Assembly (NCBI GenBank): GCA_902580765.1
Contig: CACHLW010000005.1
Span: 173 to 64,172, forward strand
Source: an uncultured Alphaproteobacteria bacterium
GTDB taxonomy: Bacteria > Pseudomonadota > Alphaproteobacteria > HIMB59 > GCA-002718135
Direction: 5' to 3'
DNA: 64,000 bases
In this document: one piece after another, positions 43,531 to 53,571 of the stretch
Layout: the number at the start of each line of letters is the position of its first letter
Position numbering within the stretch: the stretch's first letter is position 1
Made by a program: the position numbers and the translations under genes
The notes under the pieces: generated by a model
Database searches by the model: none
The model's input: the letters and a program-made list of their open reading frames with translations, nothing else
What the model was told of the DNA's origin: nothing

Positions 43531-44318
43531 AAATTCTTTTTATAGGCGATATTGTAGGTAAGGCGTCACGAAAAAAAATTAAAGAAATTATCCCAACACT
43601 CAAATCAAAATATAATACAGACATGATTATTGCTAATGGTGAGAATGCTACTTCTGGTTATGGACTTTCAAAAAAGGATGCAGAAGAATTATTTTCTAGC
43701 GGAATTGATCTACTTACACTTGGGAATCATGCATGGGATCAAAGAGATATGCTTTCTTATATTGAAGAAAATCCAAAAATAATCAGAGCTTTGAATTATC
43801 CTGATGGGGTTCCTGGAAAAGGATATTATAAGTTTGAACTTTTAAATGGAAAAAAAATTATAGTAGTACAGGTAATGCTCAGATTATTTATGAATTTATC
43901 ATTAGATGATCCCTTTAAAGGCATAATTGAATTTCTTCAAAAAGAGAAGTTAGGCAGTACATGTGATGCGATAATTGTTGATATGCATGGTGAAGCAACT
44001 TCTGAAAAAAAGGCATTTGGATATTATGTTGATGGACAAGTTACGGCAGTTTTAGGCACACATACGCATGTGCCAACTGCAGACAGTGTTATTTTACCTA
44101 AAGGTACAGCCTATCAAACAGACGTGGGAATGTCAGGTGATTATAATTCAATAATTGGTTTTGATATGAATAATCCAATACATGGATTTGTTAAGGGGTA
44201 CAGGGCAGAAGGTAGATTTACACCTGCTAGTGAAAACATAACAGTATGCGGGGCTTTAATAGAGATTGATACTAATACTGGTTTAGCTAAAAATATCACC
44301 CCAATTCAAGAGACATAA
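43527..44318 (+). CDS. YmdB-like metallophosphoesterase (TIGR00282)
   Basis: GDIVG, NGENA, TLGNH, DMHGEATSEK, GTHTHVPTAD and TDVGMSG. Confidence 0.95.
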   Translation: MKILFIGDIVGKASRKKIKEIIPTLKSKYNTDMIIANGENATSGYGLSKKDAEELFSSGIDLLTLGNHAWDQRDMLSYIEENPKIIRALNYPDGVPGKGYYKFELLNGKKIIVVQVMLRLFMNLSLDDPFKGIIEFLQKEKLGSTCDAIIVDMHGEATSEKKAFGYYVDGQVTAVLGTHTHVPTADSVILPKGTAYQTDVGMSGDYNSIIGFDMNNPIHGFVKGYRAEGRFTPASENITVCGALIEIDTNTGLAKNITPIQET

Positions 44319-44396
44319 TTACATATATTAGACACATTTATCTAATATTTTATATCTTTACTAACATCGGATTAAATATTTATAAATCTATTCGTA

Positions 44397-45146
44397 ATGG
44401 CAGGGCACTCAAAATTTAAAAATATTATGCATCGTAAAGGTGCTCAAGATAAAAAAAGAGCAAAAGTTTTCTCAAGACTTGGAAGAGAAATTTCTGTTGC
44501 TGTCAAAGTAGGAGGTGAAGATATTGAGAGTAATATTAGATTAAGATCTGCAATTTCGTCGGCCAAGTCACTCAATATGCCAAAAGATAATATTGAGAGA
44601 GCAATAAAAAAAGGTCAAGGAAATGATCCTGATAGCAATTATGAAGAAGTAAGATATGAAGGATATGGCCCTGAAGGTATTGCAATAATAGTTGAGGCAC
44701 TTACAAATAATAAAAATAGAACAGCTGCTGAGATTAGGTCCTCTTTTAGTAAATATGGAGGTAATTTGGGTGAAACAGGAAGTGTTAGTTTTGGTTTTGA
44801 TAGATTCGGAAATATCACTCTTGATAAAAACTTAGTAAAAGAAGATCAACTTCTTGAATTTCTTATTGAAAATAATAGTGAAGATTATGAAATTAATGAA
44901 ACAGAATATTCAATATACTGTGATCAAAACGATTTGCATGAACTTAATGATAAATTAATTAAACAGTATGGTCAGACTAACTCTGCAAATTTAATTTGGA
45001 AAAGTAAAAATAACATAAATATTGGAAAAGATACAGCGAACAAACTATTTAAATTACTTGAAGTTTTAGAAGACAATGACGACGTTCAAGTTGTATCATC
45101 AAATTTTGAAGTTGATGATAATGTTCTATCTTCACTCACAGCCTAA
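44397..45146 (+). CDS. yebC: YebC/PmpR family protein
   Basis: MAGHSKFKNIMHRKG, YEGYGP.G, TNNKNRT and LEDNDDVQ.V. Confidence 0.97.
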   Translation: MAGHSKFKNIMHRKGAQDKKRAKVFSRLGREISVAVKVGGEDIESNIRLRSAISSAKSLNMPKDNIERAIKKGQGNDPDSNYEEVRYEGYGPEGIAIIVEALTNNKNRTAAEIRSSFSKYGGNLGETGSVSFGFDRFGNITLDKNLVKEDQLLEFLIENNSEDYEINETEYSIYCDQNDLHELNDKLIKQYGQTNSANLIWKSKNNINIGKDTANKLFKLLEVLEDNDDVQVVSSNFEVDDNVLSSLTA

Positions 45147-45160
45147 TGAAAGGAATATAG

Positions 45161-45454
45161 ATGCCTGATAAAGCCTGGAAAAAAAGAGAAAGAGATGTTG
45201 CAAGTTATTTCAATGGGAAAAGAACACCTTTGAGCGGGGGTAATGGTAAAGTAACAAGAGCTGATGTAATTCATGAAGACTTATTTATAGAATGTAAACT
45301 AAGAGCAAAGCATACAGCAATTAGTTTATGGGATGATACAGCAAAACTTGCAAAAGAGGAGGGTAAGACACCAGTAATAGCATTATGTGAAAAAAATAGA
45401 CCAGGGTTTTGGGTTATGGTTCATAGTAGTGATCTTGAAAAAATAAAAAAATAA
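45161..45454 (+). CDS. Small PD-(D/E)xK nuclease resembling archaeal/phage Holliday junction resolvase Hjc
   Basis: Motif order ERDVA...RTPLSGG...ADVI...FIECK.R matches the Hjc pattern ER..-R.P.SG-(P)D-IE.K. It has an AAGGA RBS and fills the yebC-tolQ gap exactly. Confidence 0.7.
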   Translation: MPDKAWKKRERDVASYFNGKRTPLSGGNGKVTRADVIHEDLFIECKLRAKHTAISLWDDTAKLAKEEGKTPVIALCEKNRPGFWVMVHSSDLEKIKK

Positions 45455-45459
45455 TTATT

Positions 45460-46173
45460 ATGGCAGATATTAATAGTACAAATTTATCGACAGAGGCTCC
45501 AGATTTTTCAATGCTTGCTCTGTTCATGCAAGCTGACCTTGTTGTCAAATCTGTAATTATAATTTTAATCTTAGCTTCTATTTATTCTTGGAATGTAATA
45601 ATTTCAAAAATATTAAGAATTAGACAATTAAAAAAACTTGAAAAAGAATTTGAAGATATTTTTTGGTCTGGAAATTCATTTGAAGATTTATACGAAACTT
45701 TAAACTTTAATCAGACAGATCCAAAATCAAAATTGTTTTGCGCTGCAATTCTAGAGTGGAAAAAAAGTAAAACTCAGTTTGAAAATGAGACATCTGATAT
45801 TAATTCTTTAAAAGATAGAATGATGAGATCAATGACAGTGGTTTTTAATAAAGAAAGTGAAAATGTTGAAAGAAATTTAACATTCCTTGCAACTGCTGGA
45901 TCAACTGCACCTTTTATTGGATTATTTGGAACAGTATGGGGTATAATGAATAGTTTTAAATCTATTGCAATAGCTCAAAATACAAATTTAGCAGTAGTTG
46001 CACCAGGAATTGCCGAGGCCCTTTTTGCAACTGCATTAGGTCTTTTTGTGGCTATACCTGCTGTAGTTGCGTACAATAAAATCTCAAATGACTTATCAAA
46101 ATATTTTATATCCTTGGAAACATTTATGGACGAATTCTCAACAATTTTTTTTAGACAATTAGAGAAAAAATAA
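45460..46173 (+). CDS. tolQ: Tol-Pal system protein TolQ
   Basis: FLATAGSTAPFIGLFGTVWGIM.SF and VVAPGIAEALFATALGL..AIPA. Confidence 0.97.
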   Translation: MADINSTNLSTEAPDFSMLALFMQADLVVKSVIIILILASIYSWNVIISKILRIRQLKKLEKEFEDIFWSGNSFEDLYETLNFNQTDPKSKLFCAAILEWKKSKTQFENETSDINSLKDRMMRSMTVVFNKESENVERNLTFLATAGSTAPFIGLFGTVWGIMNSFKSIAIAQNTNLAVVAPGIAEALFATALGLFVAIPAVVAYNKISNDLSKYFISLETFMDEFSTIFFRQLEKK

Positions 46174-46174
46174 A

Positions 46175-46603
46175 TTGATTACCTCAAATAATTTAAACAA
46201 ACGTAGAAAGCAAAGGTACACTCAAATGAGTGAAATTAACGTTACACCTTTTGTAGATGTTATGCTTGTTTTACTAATTGTTTTTATGGTTACCGCACCT
46301 CTTCTAACGGTTGGAATAAAAGTTGATTTACCAAAGGTAAAAGCTACTGCATTAACTGATATTAAAGATCCGATTGAGATAACCGTTAAGTTAGGCGGAG
46401 AAGTGTATATTGGAGAATCAAAAGTTGAAGTAGAAAATTTGATTCCTCGACTAAACGCTATTACTGAACAAAATACTGAAGCAAGGATCTATATAAGAGG
46501 TGATAGAGTAGTAGCTTATGGAAGGATTATGGAAATTATGTCCATAATAAATTCAGCAGGATATATTAAAGTAGCATTAATTACTCAAAATCTTGAGCAA
46601 TAG
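46175..46603 (+). CDS. tolR: Tol-Pal system protein TolR
   Basis: SEINVTPFVDVMLVLLIVFMVTAP and RGD..V.YG. Confidence 0.96.
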   Translation: MITSNNLNKRRKQRYTQMSEINVTPFVDVMLVLLIVFMVTAPLLTVGIKVDLPKVKATALTDIKDPIEITVKLGGEVYIGESKVEVENLIPRLNAITEQNTEARIYIRGDRVVAYGRIMEIMSIINSAGYIKVALITQNLEQ

Positions 46604-47674
46604 ATGGATCGTATAAGCTATAACAGTTTAAAAATAATTAACTTTTTTGATAAATTAAATCCTAAAACATCTGGAGTTATTTTTTCAACACTAATACATT
46701 TAATTATACTTTTATTTATGGTCGGTTTGCCAAATTTTTTTTCTCCAAAAGAAATCTACGTTCCAAACGTTATACCTATTGAAATACTTAATGTTGATGA
46801 AAATACAAATTTGAAAAAATCTGATACTGAAAAGCCAGAAAATAAAAATAAGGAAACAATTACTAAACAAAAAAAATTTAATTCATCAGATCAATTAGAA
46901 GTAAAAAAAAATGTTAAAATAAATAAAACTGAAATTGAAGAAAAAACTAATCCAAATCAACCAGTTTTGGAAATGAAACAAACTCAAAATTTAGAAGTTA
47001 AGGAAACAAAAAAAGTAACTATCAAAGAAAAGGAAATTTTAGAGGTTAAGAAAAAAGTGGAAACATTTAAAACTGATATAATTAAACCAAAACTCAAGCC
47101 AAAATCAAAAATTATAAATAATGAAAGTATAAAATCAGATCTAGATGTTGAAAAAAACATAAGGGATAAACCAAAGTTGGAAACTGACAAAACTATATCT
47201 AAACCAAAACCAAAACCTGAAAAAGATTTTAGTATAGCATCAATGCTCAAAGATTTAAGAAATGAGAAAACAAATATGGTTCAAAAAGAAGTTAAAGAAC
47301 AAATCGAAGAAGTTAATAATAATAGCTTAGATGATGTTGATAAGAGTATTATACTATCAATATCTGAAATAGATATGTTGAGGCAGCAGTTATCTTCTTG
47401 CTGGAACGCTCCAGCAGGTGCGGTCATAGAAAGAGGAATGCAGGTTACAATTTCTGCTAAAGTTTTACAAAATATGAAAGTTTCATCAAATAGTGTTCGT
47501 ATTGTTGACACAAATATAGCTAAAACTAATCCATTTTATGGACCAATTACTGATAGTGCTATGAGAACTCTTTTAAACCCAGAATGTACACCACTAAAAC
47601 TTCCTAAAGATAAATATAATCTATGGAAAAATCTTACAATTACCTTTGATTATAGTATTATGAAGGGCTATTAA
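46604..47674 (+). CDS. tolA: TolA-like protein
   Basis: TM segment with STLIH, K/E/P-rich linker, C-terminal CWNAPAG...SAMR...C.PLKLP..KY..W; lies between tolR and tolB. Confidence 0.85.
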   Translation: MDRISYNSLKIINFFDKLNPKTSGVIFSTLIHLIILLFMVGLPNFFSPKEIYVPNVIPIEILNVDENTNLKKSDTEKPENKNKETITKQKKFNSSDQLEVKKNVKINKTEIEEKTNPNQPVLEMKQTQNLEVKETKKVTIKEKEILEVKKKVETFKTDIIKPKLKPKSKIINNESIKSDLDVEKNIRDKPKLETDKTISKPKPKPEKDFSIASMLKDLRNEKTNMVQKEVKEQIEEVNNNSLDDVDKSIILSISEIDMLRQQLSSCWNAPAGAVIERGMQVTISAKVLQNMKVSSNSVRIVDTNIAKTNPFYGPITDSAMRTLLNPECTPLKLPKDKYNLWKNLTITFDYSIMKGY

Positions 47675-48990
47675 TGAAAAAAGTTTTTTTAATAACCTTT
47701 TTTGTATTTTTTAGTTTTAAACTTTATTCACTTGAAGTGACTCTAACACAGGGTAGTGTTAAACCAACTCCAATTGCTGTGACAGAGTTATTTTCGAAAA
47801 ATACACAATTAACAAAAGTAGGTAAAAATATTTCAAATGTAATTTCTGATAATCTAGAAAGATCTGGACTATTTTTACCAATTGATAGTAGATCATTTAT
47901 CCAAGATAATGAATCATTGGCAAATAAACCAAGATTTGAAGATTGGAAGTTAATAAAGGCCCAACATTTAGTTTCTGGAAAAATTTCAACAAGCAACGGA
48001 AAAATATCCGTAGAATTTAGATTGTTTGATGTGTTTCAACAAAAACAAATAGTGGGAAAAAAATATGAGACCAATGAAAAAAATTGGAGAAGAGTCGCTC
48101 ATATTATTTCAGATTCCATTTTTAAAAATATAACTGGTGAAGGCGGTTACTTTGATACAAGAATAGTTTATGTTGCTGAGACTGGTCCAAAAGAAAATAA
48201 ACAAAAAAGATTAGCAATAATGGATCAAGATCAATCAAATCATCGTTTTTTAACTGATGGATCATATTTAGTATTAACACCAAGATTTTCTCCTAATTCT
48301 CAGAAAATTACCTACATGTCTTATATAAATAGAAATAATCCCAGGGTATACATATTTGATATAGAAACTGGAAAACAAGAAATAGTAGGCGAGTTTCCAG
48401 GAATGACATTTGCTCCACGTTTTTCACCTGATGGTAATCAAATCGTCATGTCTTATACTGACCCAGAAATTGGTAATTCAGAAATATATATTCTTGATCT
48501 AAAAACAAGAATTTCAAAAAGAATTACTAATAATTCTTCAATTGATGTTTCTGCAAGTTTTTCACCTGATGGAAAAAAAATAGTTTTTAATTCAGATAGA
48601 AGTGGAAGAAGACATTTGTATGTAAGTGACAATAATGGAAAAAATATAAAAAGAATTAGTAGGGAAGCAGGAAGTTATTACACACCAGTCTGGTCTCCAA
48701 GAGGAGACATGATTGCATTCACTAAACAAGAAGGGGGGCAATTTTACATAGGGGTTATGGAGGTTAATGGTTCAAATGAAAGAATGATTGCAAAATCTTT
48801 TCATGTTGAGGGCCCAACATGGGCCCCAAATGGTAGATTTTTGATGTATTTTAAAGAAGAGAGAACCGCTGAGGATGGATCTGGAGGTGAATCCAGTCTA
48901 TATTCTATTGATTTAACTGGTTTTAATGAAAGAAAAGTAATAACTCCACTAGGTGGCTCTGACCCAGCTTGGTCTCCATTGATGCATTAA
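47674..48990 (+). CDS. tolB: Tol-Pal beta-propeller protein TolB
   Basis: ITGEGGYFDTRIVYV, LAIMDQD and repeated PRFSP/PVWSP/PAWSP. Confidence 0.97.
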   Translation: MKKVFLITFFVFFSFKLYSLEVTLTQGSVKPTPIAVTELFSKNTQLTKVGKNISNVISDNLERSGLFLPIDSRSFIQDNESLANKPRFEDWKLIKAQHLVSGKISTSNGKISVEFRLFDVFQQKQIVGKKYETNEKNWRRVAHIISDSIFKNITGEGGYFDTRIVYVAETGPKENKQKRLAIMDQDQSNHRFLTDGSYLVLTPRFSPNSQKITYMSYINRNNPRVYIFDIETGKQEIVGEFPGMTFAPRFSPDGNQIVMSYTDPEIGNSEIYILDLKTRISKRITNNSSIDVSASFSPDGKKIVFNSDRSGRRHLYVSDNNGKNIKRISREAGSYYTPVWSPRGDMIAFTKQEGGQFYIGVMEVNGSNERMIAKSFHVEGPTWAPNGRFLMYFKEERTAEDGSGGESSLYSIDLTGFNERKVITPLGGSDPAWSPLMH

Positions 48991-49091
48991 TTAAATATAA
49001 TACAAAAAAATATACGAAATTTTGAAAAAAATGTTAAGGATCTTGGTATAATTTAGTATATCTACTCAAAGTATTAAGGGAGCAATTATTT

Positions 49092-49613
49092 ATGTTTTAC
49101 AAGTTTTTTATCTCTATATTTATGGTTTTGTTTGTTGCAGCTTGTGCAACAACACCAAAAGACTCAGCTGACTCTTCAGGCTCAGGATCTAGCAGTTCCG
49201 GAAGTGATGTATCTTCAGAAGGTACAATTACTGAAACCGCAGGAAGTGGAATAGTTTCTGGATCTCAGGAAGACTTAATTGTTAATGTTGGTGATAGAGT
49301 ATTTTTTGGATATGATAGTTCAGATTTAGACTCAGACGCTTTGGAGTTACTTCAAGATCAGGTTGCATGGCTTAAACAGAATAGTAATGTTTCTGTTACA
49401 ATTGAAGGACACTGTGATGAAAGAGGAACTAGAGAGTACAACTTAGCTCTTGGTGAAAAAAGAGCTCAAGCTGTTAAAAATTACCTAATTGGATTAGGAA
49501 TAAACCCAGACAGAGTTTCAACTATTAGTTATGGTAAAGAAAGACCTGCCGTTGTTGGATCTAACGATGGTGCATGGGCTCAAAATAGACGATCAGTTAC
49601 TATAGTTAACTAA
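49092..49613 (+). CDS. pal: Peptidoglycan-associated lipoprotein
   Basis: Lipobox VAAC, DRVFFGYD, IEGHCDERGTREYNLALGEKRA, SYGKERP and NRR. Confidence 0.98.
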   Translation: MFYKFFISIFMVLFVAACATTPKDSADSSGSGSSSSGSDVSSEGTITETAGSGIVSGSQEDLIVNVGDRVFFGYDSSDLDSDALELLQDQVAWLKQNSNVSVTIEGHCDERGTREYNLALGEKRAQAVKNYLIGLGINPDRVSTISYGKERPAVVGSNDGAWAQNRRSVTIVN

Positions 49614-49631
49614 CCTATATCCTTAATACTT

Positions 49632-49655
49632 TGGCGCTATATTAATATAGCGCCA
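49632..49655. other. Perfect 24-bp palindrome downstream of pal (stem-loop; terminator or mRNA stabiliser)
   Basis: TGGCGCTATATT-AATATAGCGCCA; only a weak T-tract follows. Confidence 0.6.
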
Positions 49656-49689
49656 CATTTCTATCTCAATTAGAAATTAAAAATCTTAA

Positions 49690-50607
49690 ATGTTTAAATA
49701 CTTACTCATTATTCTAATTTTATTTTTTTCAAATTATGTTTATTCTAATGAAAATGAACTTACAATTAGTCAACAATTAGAGAGATTGCAAAGAGAAGTT
49801 TCAGATCTTTCTAAAGAAGTATTTTCCAATTCTTCGAAACAATTAAATGGAACAAATAATGATTTTGTTCAAAATCTTTCTGCTATCGATTTGCGAATAT
49901 ATGATATTGAAAATGACATAAAAAATTTAACTTCTAATTTAGAAGAATTATATTTTCAATTAGACGATATTTTTAATAAGTTAGAAAACTTAGAAGTAGT
50001 TATTAATAATTTGCAATCAGTTCCTTTAAATAATGTTGAAGTCAATAATGATGAAATTTCACAAGATAGTTCTGAGGTTAAAAGCAATACTTTAAGTAAT
50101 ATTGAAACTGAAAACACACTTGGAACATTAAACATTTCAAAAAACACAAATGAAACAACAGAAGAAGTTGTATCTGACGATCAGGAAATAAACTTTAATG
50201 AAAAAGAGGAGATATTATCACCTGAAGATCAATTTCAAGTAGCGTTTGATAATATTAGAAATAAAAAATGGCAGGATGCTAAAACTTCATTTGTACAGTT
50301 TATTTCAGATAATCCTGAAAATCAACTATCAGGTTCAGCACATTATTGGCTTGGAGAATTATATATTCTAGAAAAAAATTATAGAGAAGCAGCACTTATA
50401 TTTGCTGAAGGTTTCCAAAAATTTCCAGATAGTATTAAAGCCGCTGAAATGCTTTTCAAACTTTCTCAGTCATTATACCAAGTTAAAAAAACTACTGAGG
50501 CATGTAAAACTATGGAAAAATTAATTATAGATTTTCCAAAAAATAAAATAATTCCTCAAACCAAAAAACAAATTGTTGAGTATAATTGCTTAGAAAATAA
50601 TGAATGA
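49690..50607 (+). CDS. cpoB: Tol-Pal associated TPR protein CpoB (YbgF)
   Basis: Signal peptide, N-terminal coiled coil, TPR with AHYWLGE...A...F..G...P.S.KA...LFKL; follows pal. Confidence 0.88.
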   Translation: MFKYLLIILILFFSNYVYSNENELTISQQLERLQREVSDLSKEVFSNSSKQLNGTNNDFVQNLSAIDLRIYDIENDIKNLTSNLEELYFQLDDIFNKLENLEVVINNLQSVPLNNVEVNNDEISQDSSEVKSNTLSNIETENTLGTLNISKNTNETTEEVVSDDQEINFNEKEEILSPEDQFQVAFDNIRNKKWQDAKTSFVQFISDNPENQLSGSAHYWLGELYILEKNYREAALIFAEGFQKFPDSIKAAEMLFKLSQSLYQVKKTTEACKTMEKLIIDFPKNKIIPQTKKQIVEYNCLENNE

Positions 50608-51575
50608 AGCTTACAAATAAAGAATTCATTAAAATCGTAGAAAAAAAATACACTTTTGAGAAAAACCCTGCAGTTGCTGTAGCAGTATCTGGTGGTCCAG
50701 ATAGTATGTCATTATTATTCCTTGTTGATGCATTTATAAAACATAAAAAAGGGAAACTGATTGCATTAATAGTAGATCATCGTATTAGAGAAAATTCAAA
50801 AGAAGAAGCAAAATATATTTCTGCTTACTTGGATAAAAACAAAATTAATTCTCAAATTCTAAATGTCAATAAAGATAACGTGAGTAAAAAAAGTATGAAT
50901 GAGGCTAGAAATAATCGATATAATTTACTTACAAAATTTAGTATACAAAATAATATTTTGTATCTATTTGTTGCTCATCACAAAGATGATAATTTAGAAA
51001 CCTTTTTGAATAGAAAGATCGCTGGCAGTGACTTTTATGGTTTAAAATCAATGTCAGAGGTCTCACTATACAACAAAGTATGTATAATAAGACCACTTTT
51101 AAATTTTTCCAAAAAAACACTATTAGACTATAATAAGAAAAATAACTTAGAATACCTTAATGATCCATCAAATTTCAATCTGGATTATACTCGTCCTACA
51201 ATACGACATTTCCTTAAAAAATCTAAACAAAAAATAATTAAAGAAATTAATAAAGATTTTGAAAATATACTTTTTTATTCACCATATTTTATCCAAATGA
51301 TACATGAGATACTTCTTAAAAATATTGTCCATGTTGACACTAAAAGAATTGTTATCGGCCATGATAATATAAATAATTTAAATGAAATTACTTCTGAAAA
51401 TATTATACGAAGAATATATCAATTTTTATTTTATGAAACCAATGCTCCCCGATCAAAAAAAATTAGGATCTTAATAAGTGAAATGAAGAAACTAAATTTT
51501 AATAATTTTAATATTAAAGGTATGATTGTTAAAAAAAATGATGATTTGCTTACATTTTCAAGAAAATCTGTTTAA
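50604..51575 (+). CDS. tilS: tRNA(Ile)-lysidine synthetase (short form)
   Basis: VAVSGGPDS, VDHRIR, AR..RY, AHH.DD..ET, RPLL and DPSN. Confidence 0.93.
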   Translation: MKLTNKEFIKIVEKKYTFEKNPAVAVAVSGGPDSMSLLFLVDAFIKHKKGKLIALIVDHRIRENSKEEAKYISAYLDKNKINSQILNVNKDNVSKKSMNEARNNRYNLLTKFSIQNNILYLFVAHHKDDNLETFLNRKIAGSDFYGLKSMSEVSLYNKVCIIRPLLNFSKKTLLDYNKKNNLEYLNDPSNFNLDYTRPTIRHFLKKSKQKIIKEINKDFENILFYSPYFIQMIHEILLKNIVHVDTKRIVIGHDNINNLNEITSENIIRRIYQFLFYETNAPRSKKIRILISEMKKLNFNNFNIKGMIVKKNDDLLTFSRKSV

Positions 51576-51589
51576 TTTTCTACAAAACT

Positions 51590-51617
51590 ATTGTGTTTTT
51601 ATAATAAATTCCTATGT
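51590..51617 (+). promoter_or_regulatory. Putative sigma32 (RpoH) promoter of ftsH
   Basis: ATTG-N17-CCTATGT, 9 nt upstream of the ftsH ATG, with the same spacing as the groES element. Confidence 0.5.
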
Positions 51618-51626
51618 AATAGTTAG

Positions 51627-53528
51627 ATGAAAAATATAAGCAAAAACGTTATATTATGGATTATAATTGGATTGCTCTTAATTGTGCTTTTTAATCTTTT
51701 CCAAGGAACTTCTAACAATAGAAATACTTCAAAAATATCCTTTTCAGACTTCATTGCAGCAACAGAAAGTGGAAACGTTTCTGAAGTAAATATTAATGGA
51801 AGTAACGTTACAGGTTTTCTAAATGATGGTAGATCATTTAGCACATATGTTCCTAATTATCCGAATTTGGTAGATAAATTAAATGAAAGTGGTGTTAAAA
51901 TTACTGCGGAGCCCTCTGAAAGATCAATGCATCCACTCCTAAGTGTTTTGCTATCTTGGTTTCCAATGCTCCTATTAATTGGAGTTTGGATTTTCTTTAT
52001 GCGTCAGATGCAAGGCGGTGGTGGAAAAGCAATGGGCTTTGGTAAATCTAAAGCTAAATTATTAAATGAGGCAGTAGGCAAAGTTACATTTGATGACGTA
52101 GCTGGTATTGATGAAGCTAAACAAGAATTAGAAGAAGTTGTTGAATTTTTAAAAGATCCCTCAAAGTTTTCTCGATTAGGTGGTAAAATTCCAAGAGGTG
52201 CGCTCTTAGTTGGTCCTCCAGGTACTGGAAAAACATTACTTGCAAGAGCGATTGCGGGTGAAGCAAACGTTCCATTTTTCTCTATTTCGGGATCAGATTT
52301 TGTTGAAATGTTTGTTGGTGTTGGAGCTAGTAGAGTTAGAGATATGTTTGACCAAGGTAAAAAAAATGCACCTTGTATAGTTTTCATTGATGAAATTGAT
52401 GCTGTAGGAAGGCATCGTGGTGCTGGTCTTGGTGGTGGAAACGACGAAAGAGAACAAACTCTCAATCAACTTCTAGTAGAAATGGATGGGTTTGAAGCAA
52501 ACGCAGGTGTAATTATAATTGCTGCAACAAATAGACCTGATGTTCTTGATCCAGCTTTGCTTAGACCAGGAAGATTTGATCGTCAAATAACAGTTAATAA
52601 TCCTGATGTAATGGGAAGAGATAAAATACTTAAAGTTCATATTAAAAAAATTAAAGTTTCTCCAAAATTTGACTCAAAAATTATTGCAAGGGGAACACCA
52701 GGTTTTTCTGGGGCTGATTTAGCAAATTTAGTTAATGAAGCAGCATTATTAGCTGCTAGAAAAAATAAAAGAATGGTTACAATTGAGGATTTTGAAAGTG
52801 CAAAAGATAAAGTGATGATGGGTGCTGAAAAAAGATCTATGGTCATGTCAGAAGATGAAAAAAAACTTACAGCTTATCATGAAGCTGGACATGCAGTAGC
52901 AACTCTTCATTCACCAGCCTCTGACCCAATACATAAGGCAACTATAATACCGAGAGGTAGAGCTTTAGGTATGGTTATGCGACTTCCTGAAAAAGATCAG
53001 TTGTCTATGAGAAAAGATCAAATGAAAGCTCATTTATTAATAGCCACTGGTGGAAGAATTGCAGAAGAAATGATTTTTGGTAAAGATAAAATTACAAATG
53101 GTGCAGCAAGCGATATACAAATGGTGACAAATCTATCAAAAAAAATGATAACTGAATGGGGTATGAGTGAAAAATTAGGCCGTCTTAGATATAACAATGA
53201 TAGTGAGGAAGTTTTCCTTGGGCATTCCGTTGCACAATCAAAAAATTTATCTGACTCTACAGCTAAACTAATTGACGAAGAGGTTAGATCTCTTGCAGAA
53301 GAGGCTGAAAATAATTGTAGAAAAATTCTTCAAGATAATATCGAAGAATTGCATATAGTTGCTAAGGGGCTTTTAGAGTATGAAACATTATCAGGTGATG
53401 AAATTAAAGATTTAATTAAAGGTATAAAGCCAACTCGAGATGATTTTGATAATGATATAAATACACCAAAAAAACCAGCCACATCTGTGCCAAAAACAGG
53501 CGGATCTGCTGCCGCACCGGCAAACTAA
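51627..53528 (+). CDS. ftsH: ATP-dependent zinc metalloprotease FtsH
   Basis: [34 protein letters not shown] and HEAGH. Confidence 0.99.
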   Translation: MKNISKNVILWIIIGLLLIVLFNLFQGTSNNRNTSKISFSDFIAATESGNVSEVNINGSNVTGFLNDGRSFSTYVPNYPNLVDKLNESGVKITAEPSERSMHPLLSVLLSWFPMLLLIGVWIFFMRQMQGGGGKAMGFGKSKAKLLNEAVGKVTFDDVAGIDEAKQELEEVVEFLKDPSKFSRLGGKIPRGALLVGPPGTGKTLLARAIAGEANVPFFSISGSDFVEMFVGVGASRVRDMFDQGKKNAPCIVFIDEIDAVGRHRGAGLGGGNDEREQTLNQLLVEMDGFEANAGVIIIAATNRPDVLDPALLRPGRFDRQITVNNPDVMGRDKILKVHIKKIKVSPKFDSKIIARGTPGFSGADLANLVNEAALLAARKNKRMVTIEDFESAKDKVMMGAEKRSMVMSEDEKKLTAYHEAGHAVATLHSPASDPIHKATIIPRGRALGMVMRLPEKDQLSMRKDQMKAHLLIATGGRIAEEMIFGKDKITNGAASDIQMVTNLSKKMITEWGMSEKLGRLRYNNDSEEVFLGHSVAQSKNLSDSTAKLIDEEVRSLAEEAENNCRKILQDNIEELHIVAKGLLEYETLSGDEIKDLIKGIKPTRDDFDNDINTPKKPATSVPKTGGSAAAPAN

Positions 53529-53571
53529 TTTAATTACTTCACTTTATTTATTTTTTGAATAAAAGACATTA

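Noticed and set aside
45147-45459. Prophage or mobile element around the Hjc-like gene
   Set aside because: No integrase, att-like repeats or other phage genes; it is a single gene with minimal spacers.
51623-52846. Minus-strand ORFs 51623-51844, 52004-52465 and 52637-52846
   Set aside because: Antisense shadows within the highly conserved ftsH.
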